Positions 58,768 through 64,000 of a stretch of DNA of 64,000 bases are shown piece by piece (the first letter of the stretch is position 1; the number at the start of each line of letters is the position of its first letter). Location of the stretch: positions 74 to 64,073 of the forward strand of contig PMYL01000015.1 in assembly GCA_003170825.1 (NCBI GenBank), written 5' to 3'. This DNA comes from Acidobacteriaceae bacterium (GTDB lineage: Bacteria > Acidobacteriota > Terriglobia > Terriglobales > Acidobacteriaceae). Below the pieces are notes generated by a model that did no database searches, was not told the origin of the DNA, and saw only the letters and a list, made by a program, of their open reading frames with translations. The translations under genes were made by a program, and so were the position numbers.

Positions 58768-60303
58768 ATGATCTGCAAAGGGCACATAAGCGAGACGAGA
58801 CCGGGCCAGTCCATGCGGCCTAACGTCTTGTCGGGCCTGCGCAGTTGCTTGTTGGGCCTGTTCAGCTTTCCTGCCATGCTTATAACCGGGCTACTCGTCT
58901 CGCCGTTCCTCGCCTCGCTCGATCGGCGGCAGGGCGACGCAGTTCTTCAAGATCCGGATATTTGGTGGCACCTGCGCAATGCCGAAGTCCTGCTTTCGAC
59001 GCATCGCTTCATCCGCGAGGATATTTACTCTTTCACGACCCACGGCCAGCCATGGATCGACCACGAATGGTTAGCCGAAATCCCTTATTACATTGGTTTC
59101 CGGCTGTTGGGAGAGCGCGGCGTATTCCTGGTGATGCTCGCTGCGGTCGAGTTGGTGATTGCCGGAATACTCTTGCTTTGCTATCGCCGCACGGGAGACC
59201 CGAAGGCTGCTGTCCTGGCCACTTTGATTGCAGTGTTCTTTGCATCCATCAGCTTCGGTCCTCGAACCCTTCTCTTTGGTTGGCTCTGCTTCATTGCCGA
59301 AATGCTCCTCCTCGAAGCCTTCCGCAAGGGCCGCGACCACATCTGGTGGCTAGCGCCGCTCTTTGCCTTTTGGATCAATCTGCACGGCTCGTGGATGATC
59401 GGCCTCGCGTTCTTTCTACTCTTCGTCGCATCTGGCCTAATGCAAGGCTCATGGGGCAGCATTGAGGCTGTTCGCTGGACGCCGCTTCAATTGCGCAAAC
59501 TGTTCGTAGTGGGAGCGGCAAGTCTGGCGATGCTCTTTGCCAATCCTTACGGCTGGCGGCTGGTCACATATCCATTCGACATGATCTTCCGGCAGCGACA
59601 GATGGTCTTCCTCACCGAGGAGTGGCACAGCATCAACTTCCAAGGTTTCTACGGCACGCTGCTATTTATCGTGCTTGCCTTGATGCTAGTGCTCACGCTG
59701 GTGCGACGGCGCCGGTGGCCGCTGCATGATCTGCTTTTCGCGTTGCTCGCCATCTATGCCGCGCTCACGCACGTGCGATTTCTGTTTCTGACTGGCATCG
59801 TCGTGTGCCCCATTCTCTCAGAGGAACTGGCCGGCGCGCTCTTCGCACCCTACGACCGCGAGCGCGACAAGCCCTTGCTGAATGCCGCGCTCATGGCAGT
59901 TTTTTGCGTCTTCGCCGTCCGCCACATACCTACCTCAGCCACGTTGCGAGCTGCTGCAGTGCAATGCTTTCCTTCAGCAGCATTGTCCGAGCTGAACCGT
60001 TGCTGTAAGCAAGGACATCTGTTCAACCTATTCGAATGGGGCGGCTACCTGATTTGGAACGCGCACGATACTCCCGTTTTCCTTGACAGCCGTGCAGACA
60101 TCTTCGAGTACCACGGTATACTTGCCGATTACGTAAAGGCCACCACGATGAACGACTCGCTCGCGATTTTCGATCGCTACCGGATTGACAGCGTGCTGGA
60201 ACCACCGACTTCCGCGATTGTTTATCTGCTGAAACACACGCCCGGCTGGCGGGTGCAATACGAAGACGCGACAGCGGCCCTACTGGTCCGCACCATGCCC
60301 TAG
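58768..60303 (+). CDS. Multi-pass membrane protein, GT-C-like (DPDIWWHL family), paralog 2
   Basis: DPDIWWHLRNAE, DIYSFT, HEWLAE, GPRT, WINLHGSW, EEWHS and DSRADIF. Confidence 0.8.
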   Translation: MICKGHISETRPGQSMRPNVLSGLRSCLLGLFSFPAMLITGLLVSPFLASLDRRQGDAVLQDPDIWWHLRNAEVLLSTHRFIREDIYSFTTHGQPWIDHEWLAEIPYYIGFRLLGERGVFLVMLAAVELVIAGILLLCYRRTGDPKAAVLATLIAVFFASISFGPRTLLFGWLCFIAEMLLLEAFRKGRDHIWWLAPLFAFWINLHGSWMIGLAFFLLFVASGLMQGSWGSIEAVRWTPLQLRKLFVVGAASLAMLFANPYGWRLVTYPFDMIFRQRQMVFLTEEWHSINFQGFYGTLLFIVLALMLVLTLVRRRRWPLHDLLFALLAIYAALTHVRFLFLTGIVVCPILSEELAGALFAPYDRERDKPLLNAALMAVFCVFAVRHIPTSATLRAAAVQCFPSAALSELNRCCKQGHLFNLFEWGGYLIWNAHDTPVFLDSRADIFEYHGILADYVKATTMNDSLAIFDRYRIDSVLEPPTSAIVYLLKHTPGWRVQYEDATAALLVRTMP

Positions 60304-60373
60304 ACTCGGCCGGAGAGTGCATGCCTAGATTTGTGACTTTGCCCTTGGAGATGGCCCATATAAATCATTGCCC

Positions 60374-60542
60374 TCAAAGCTGACCATCCACTGGCTCACC
60401 GGCAAAGGCGCATGCAAACAGATACCGTAAAAGCCACGCGGGCGCAGTCCAAAGAGTCCAAAGATAGGCGGCTGAGGGTACCCAGATGTTGCAGATAAGT
60501 GCGATCTCGATCAGTGCGCACATAAACGCAAGAGCCGCCAAA
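60374..60542 (-). pseudogene. Orphan C-terminal tail of a third GT87-like gene
   Basis: LAALAFMCALIEIALI...SAAYLWTLWTAPAWLLRYLFA aligns with the C-termini of both neighbouring GT87 genes. Confidence 0.7.
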
Positions 60543-60989
60543 GGCATAGATCGGCCCACACGCCGGCAAAACAGCATACAGGATCGGCCCGGCAACTAAT
60601 TCGGCAACATAAGCCAGCACCACCGACCCGCGAAGATTCCTGTATCGAGTCACCAGGAACCAGCAGATCATCATGGGAACCATCAACTGATAGACCACGA
60701 CGAGCGGAAGCCGGCAGACACCTTGCAATGGACGCGCGATCGAGGCAGCCGAGACGCCTAGCGACTCATCCATCTGGAAGAGAACGTAATCGTATTTCCA
60801 GGGAAGCCGACTACCTTCTCTTGACATGACGACAGTCAAAAGAAAACCGAAAAAGAGGTTCAACGTGAGAACGAATACGAGCATGGGACGAGTCTTGTCT
60901 CTTTCGTCCCTGAGCATCCAGATCACAGACAACAGGAAGGCCGACAGCCCGATGATGGCGGGGTTTAACAGTAGCGCAAGCAGGTGCAT
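60540..60989 (-). pseudogene. 5' half of a PAP2_3/IPC-synthase-like membrane phosphatase or phosphotransferase, truncated
   Basis: KYDYVLFQMDESLG, VYQLM and ILYAVLPACGPIYAF are present; the PSLH and HY..D catalytic segments are absent; the track ORF runs to 60396 through unrelated sequence. Confidence 0.65.
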
Positions 60990-61167
60990 TTCCGAGTCCA
61001 GCCGATCGTCCGTAAGGTATCGTTTACCGGCGGAAGTGTCAGTGTAACGCAGCGGACAACCGATATGTACCACCGCATTCGAGCATCAGGAAAGGTGAGA
61101 AACGCTCTTCGCATCAGTTTTGTTGCGCCGAAGGCGGGGCGCGCTATCTATGGGAGTTAACAGTCTT

Positions 61168-62334
61168 CTACAGCGGTTCCGCAATCTCCGCGGCTCCGCT
61201 ACAAGCTCCCTTCACTCGCATGCCCTTGTTTCCGGTTGCGTAGAGGTACCAGGCAAGCCAAGCGGGTACGGTCCACAAGTAGAACACGGAGGTCATCGGA
61301 ATCTCTGCGAACACCTCGATCATTGCGACTCCGGCAATGAATCCGAACGGCAGAAGCGAGCGCCCGGAGTCGTCGGCCCGATAGATTCCAGCCAGAACGG
61401 CCGGAAGCAGCATAGCTTCATCGGTGAGCAGGGCATAAGGCGCGCACAGCACCGAGACGAGGAGCAGCAACAAGCCTTGATCCATCCAGCTCCAGCGGCT
61501 GCGCCGCGTCCAGAAGTACCAGAGCGCCCAGCCGCAGCCGGCGGCTTGGGGAAGGAATTGCAGCCAAACGGCATCCCTATGCACGAGCAGACGGAAGAAT
61601 TCGCTCAGTGTGGGCACAATCTCATCCATAATTCCCGACGTACTCATCATCTGCGAGTATTGTGACCAGGCATGGCGATCGAAGCAGAACACAAGCGTGC
61701 AACTGGCGAGCAGCGCAACGGAGAATCCAGCAAGGATGCGGTACGCCTTCTGGACTATAACCCATAGGAGCAGCACGATGGCGAACGGCAGGAACAGGTG
61801 CGGCTTCACGGCGCAGAGCAGCAGAGCTGCACCGGCAAGGAAGGGCCGCGACTTGTGGAAGTAAAGAAAAAGTACTACGCCGAGAAGCAGAAAGATGCCA
61901 AGCTGCCCGGCCATCAGGCACTCCATGAGGGGCGCGAAGCAGTAACCGAGCAGGTGTAGCCTGTTGTCCGGGCGCCCATGCATGGTCCAAAGCATCCGGA
62001 TCGATGCCACGAGACTGGCAAGGAGAGCTATCAACCAGAGGATGAGTCCAGTATTCGGGCTGACGAAGCCGAGTGGCAATGTCAGGAAGAGGGCCAGCGG
62101 CGGGTTGCGCATGATGAGGCGATAGCTCAGATCGTATCCGGCCACACGCTCCAACGACTGTACGGCCGCGCCATCGTAGGGATCTGCGCCGTGAACGAGC
62201 TGCTGTCCGGCAGCCCAATAGGAGATGAAATCCCGCTGCCCGGCGTTGTTATTGTTGACGATGAGGACAAGAATTCCGATCCCTGCGGCTGCCAGGCCAA
62301 GAGCGGCAACGATGCGCCAAGGACTTGTTTTCAT
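61168..62334 (-). CDS. Glycosyltransferase family 87 (DUF2029)-like membrane protein
   Basis: RDFISYWAAGQQL..GADPYD, MRNPP, GQLG, KPHLFLP and D..LLLPA; start inferred at MKTSPW. Confidence 0.85.
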   Translation of the reverse strand: MKTSPWRIVAALGLAAAGIGILVLIVNNNNAGQRDFISYWAAGQQLVHGADPYDGAAVQSLERVAGYDLSYRLIMRNPPLALFLTLPLGFVSPNTGLILWLIALLASLVASIRMLWTMHGRPDNRLHLLGYCFAPLMECLMAGQLGIFLLLGVVLFLYFHKSRPFLAGAALLLCAVKPHLFLPFAIVLLLWVIVQKAYRILAGFSVALLASCTLVFCFDRHAWSQYSQMMSTSGIMDEIVPTLSEFFRLLVHRDAVWLQFLPQAAGCGWALWYFWTRRSRWSWMDQGLLLLLVSVLCAPYALLTDEAMLLPAVLAGIYRADDSGRSLLPFGFIAGVAMIEVFAEIPMTSVFYLWTVPAWLAWYLYATGNKGMRVKGACSGAAEIAEPL

Positions 62335-62533
62335 TGGCCGGCTCCGATCCTGGCGCCGAGGGCGCTCCAGGCTTCCTGTGGCTGAAGCAGGACCAAAGGC
62401 GACAGATCCATTCTGGCGAGGAAGTGTTTCACTGCTAACACTGTAGACGAAAGCGGGGCGATGATTCAACGCTGTCGTGGATCCGGCGGCGCCCATCGGC
62501 TGGCAGATTGCCATAGGAGCCGCTAGTCTGCAA

Positions 62534-63733
62534 TCACTGCGTGCCGCGAATTCCCTCCGCTTGTGTTCCCTTGATTCCGGTTGCGCAGAGATACCACGCA
62601 AGCCATGCGGGCGTCGTCCAAAGATAGAGGGTTGAGGATATGTTAATGCCGCCGATGAGTTCGACCTCGATCAGGACACTGGCAAAGGCGAGAACTACCA
62701 ACAAGGTCTTGGAGCGGGTAAGATATGCGCCTTGTAACAGGGCCGGTACCGCCAGACCATCATCGTAAACCCAGGAATATGGCGCCGTGACGAGCGAAAC
62801 GACCATCAGCAGGCTGCCGTTTTTCATCCAGTCCCACGCGTGGCGGCGGGGCCAGAAATAGCCCAGCGCCCAGGCGCAGCCCAAGGCGGCCGGTATGTAT
62901 TGGAGCCACATCGTCTGCGGGCTCAGCCAAAGGCGAAGCCTGACGCTCAGGCACGGGACAAGTTCCTTCTCGATTCCGGGGGCGCGCATCATCTGTGTGT
63001 ACTGGATCCACGCCGTCGGGTCAAGCCAATATACGACCGCGCAGCTCGCCGCCATGGCCACCGCTGCGCCGGCCAGGAGCTTATAGCTCCCGGAGACGAG
63101 CACCCACGCCAGCAGCACGACGCCGAAAGCCAGAAACAGGTGAGGCTTCAGCGCGCAGAGCCATAGGGACATTCCGGCCAGAAATGGGCGCGTGCGATGC
63201 AGGCGCAGAAACAGGACGAACCCCAGCAGCGCGAAGAGAGAAGTCTGCCCCATCATCATGCAGATCAGGGCCGGTGCGAACGAAAGCCCGAGCCAGTGAA
63301 GGCGATTCATGGGGCGGCCATGCATGAGCCAGAGCATGCGGACCGAGACCGCCAGGCACGCGAGCAGGACCAGCGACCACAGAAGCGCTCCAAGCCGTAC
63401 TCCAACGAGCCCGAGCGGAAGCGCAAGTGGCAGACCCCAGGGCGGGTTCCTCATGAAGAAGCCACCGTCCCGAACGGGAAGCCCCGCGGAGCGCTCGATT
63501 CGCATCATGGCGTCCCCGTCATAGGGATTGGCGTGGTGGACGAGCTGCTGGCCGGTGGCCCAAAAGACGACGAAATCGCGCCCGCCTGCAATGTTGCCCG
63601 CCAGCGGCACAACGCAGAGGAACAGGGTGGTGAGCGCGAGCGCCAACCCACTCACGACTGCAATCGAGAGTTCTGCGATGTTGGGGGCTGCCTTCGCCGC
63701 GGGAATATCCGTCCTGCTCGCCATAAACGACAT
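62534..63733 (-). CDS. Glycosyltransferase family 87 (DUF2029)-like membrane protein
   Basis: RDFVVFWATGQQL..ANPYD, MRNPP, GQTS, KPHLFL and PYSWVYDD; tandem paralog of 61168..62334. Confidence 0.85.
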   Translation of the reverse strand: MSFMASRTDIPAAKAAPNIAELSIAVVSGLALALTTLFLCVVPLAGNIAGGRDFVVFWATGQQLVHHANPYDGDAMMRIERSAGLPVRDGGFFMRNPPWGLPLALPLGLVGVRLGALLWSLVLLACLAVSVRMLWLMHGRPMNRLHWLGLSFAPALICMMMGQTSLFALLGFVLFLRLHRTRPFLAGMSLWLCALKPHLFLAFGVVLLAWVLVSGSYKLLAGAAVAMAASCAVVYWLDPTAWIQYTQMMRAPGIEKELVPCLSVRLRLWLSPQTMWLQYIPAALGCAWALGYFWPRRHAWDWMKNGSLLMVVSLVTAPYSWVYDDGLAVPALLQGAYLTRSKTLLVVLAFASVLIEVELIGGINISSTLYLWTTPAWLAWYLCATGIKGTQAEGIRGTQ

Positions 63734-64000
63734 TCTATCCTGCCGCGGGACCGGGTTCCCTCGCGGGTTCAACTTCTTCCGGGGGGCGAGGGCGGTCATG
63801 GAGGCTGGCCTTGCCTTCAGGACGATTTGGCTCTGCCTCTCTGCGATCAGGAGGATCGCCAGTGGACTCCAAGCCATCGTTCGAATGACCACGGGGACGG
63901 AAAACCCTGCTTCAAAGCCGCTGCTTTCCCCTGCCGCCTGTACGACCTGCGCCGCTCCGCTCCCGATCCGATACCAGCCCGCCACATTCCTGGTAATACA

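Overview
High-GC bacterial chromosome segment. Gene content, TonB-type proteins and the REP-like repeats suggest Acidobacteriota (Terriglobia); this assignment is inference. The left half (1 to ~33.5 kb) is mostly housekeeping: M1 aminopeptidase, lspA, ileS, TonB, a GH3 glycosidase, tRNA-Arg(ACG), TlpA, a GT2, two PTPS/QueD-fold genes plus folE, a CHAD protein, truB, a tesA-ybbAP-like cluster, tRNA-Gln(CTG), gltBD and a RecQ helicase. It also holds a small AT-richer patch with a proteasome-beta-like Ntn hydrolase and a Sel1 protein. From ~33.55 kb to the window end lies an accessory region that begins at a TonB-dependent receptor remnant. It encodes a Tad/Flp pilus system (cpaA, two cpaE, cpaF, tadB, tadC, tadE, tadG, cpaB, cpaC/rcpA), a divergent atypical sigma54 activator with sigma54 promoters, two TonB-like proteins, two DUF192 proteins (one fused to PilZ) and four intact GT-C-type membrane glycosyltransferase-like genes. 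The most unusual observations are: a CpaE fused to seven Ig-like repeats flanked by direct repeats; two tandem 31-aa TM+RRR micropeptides after tadC; a duplicated ~400-bp promoter block with a covarying palindrome; a PAP2/GT87 deletion chimera; and a ~38-bp palindromic repeat inserted in frame within several housekeeping genes. No CRISPR array, rRNA, integrase or transposase was seen, and no Flp pilin gene was found in the window.
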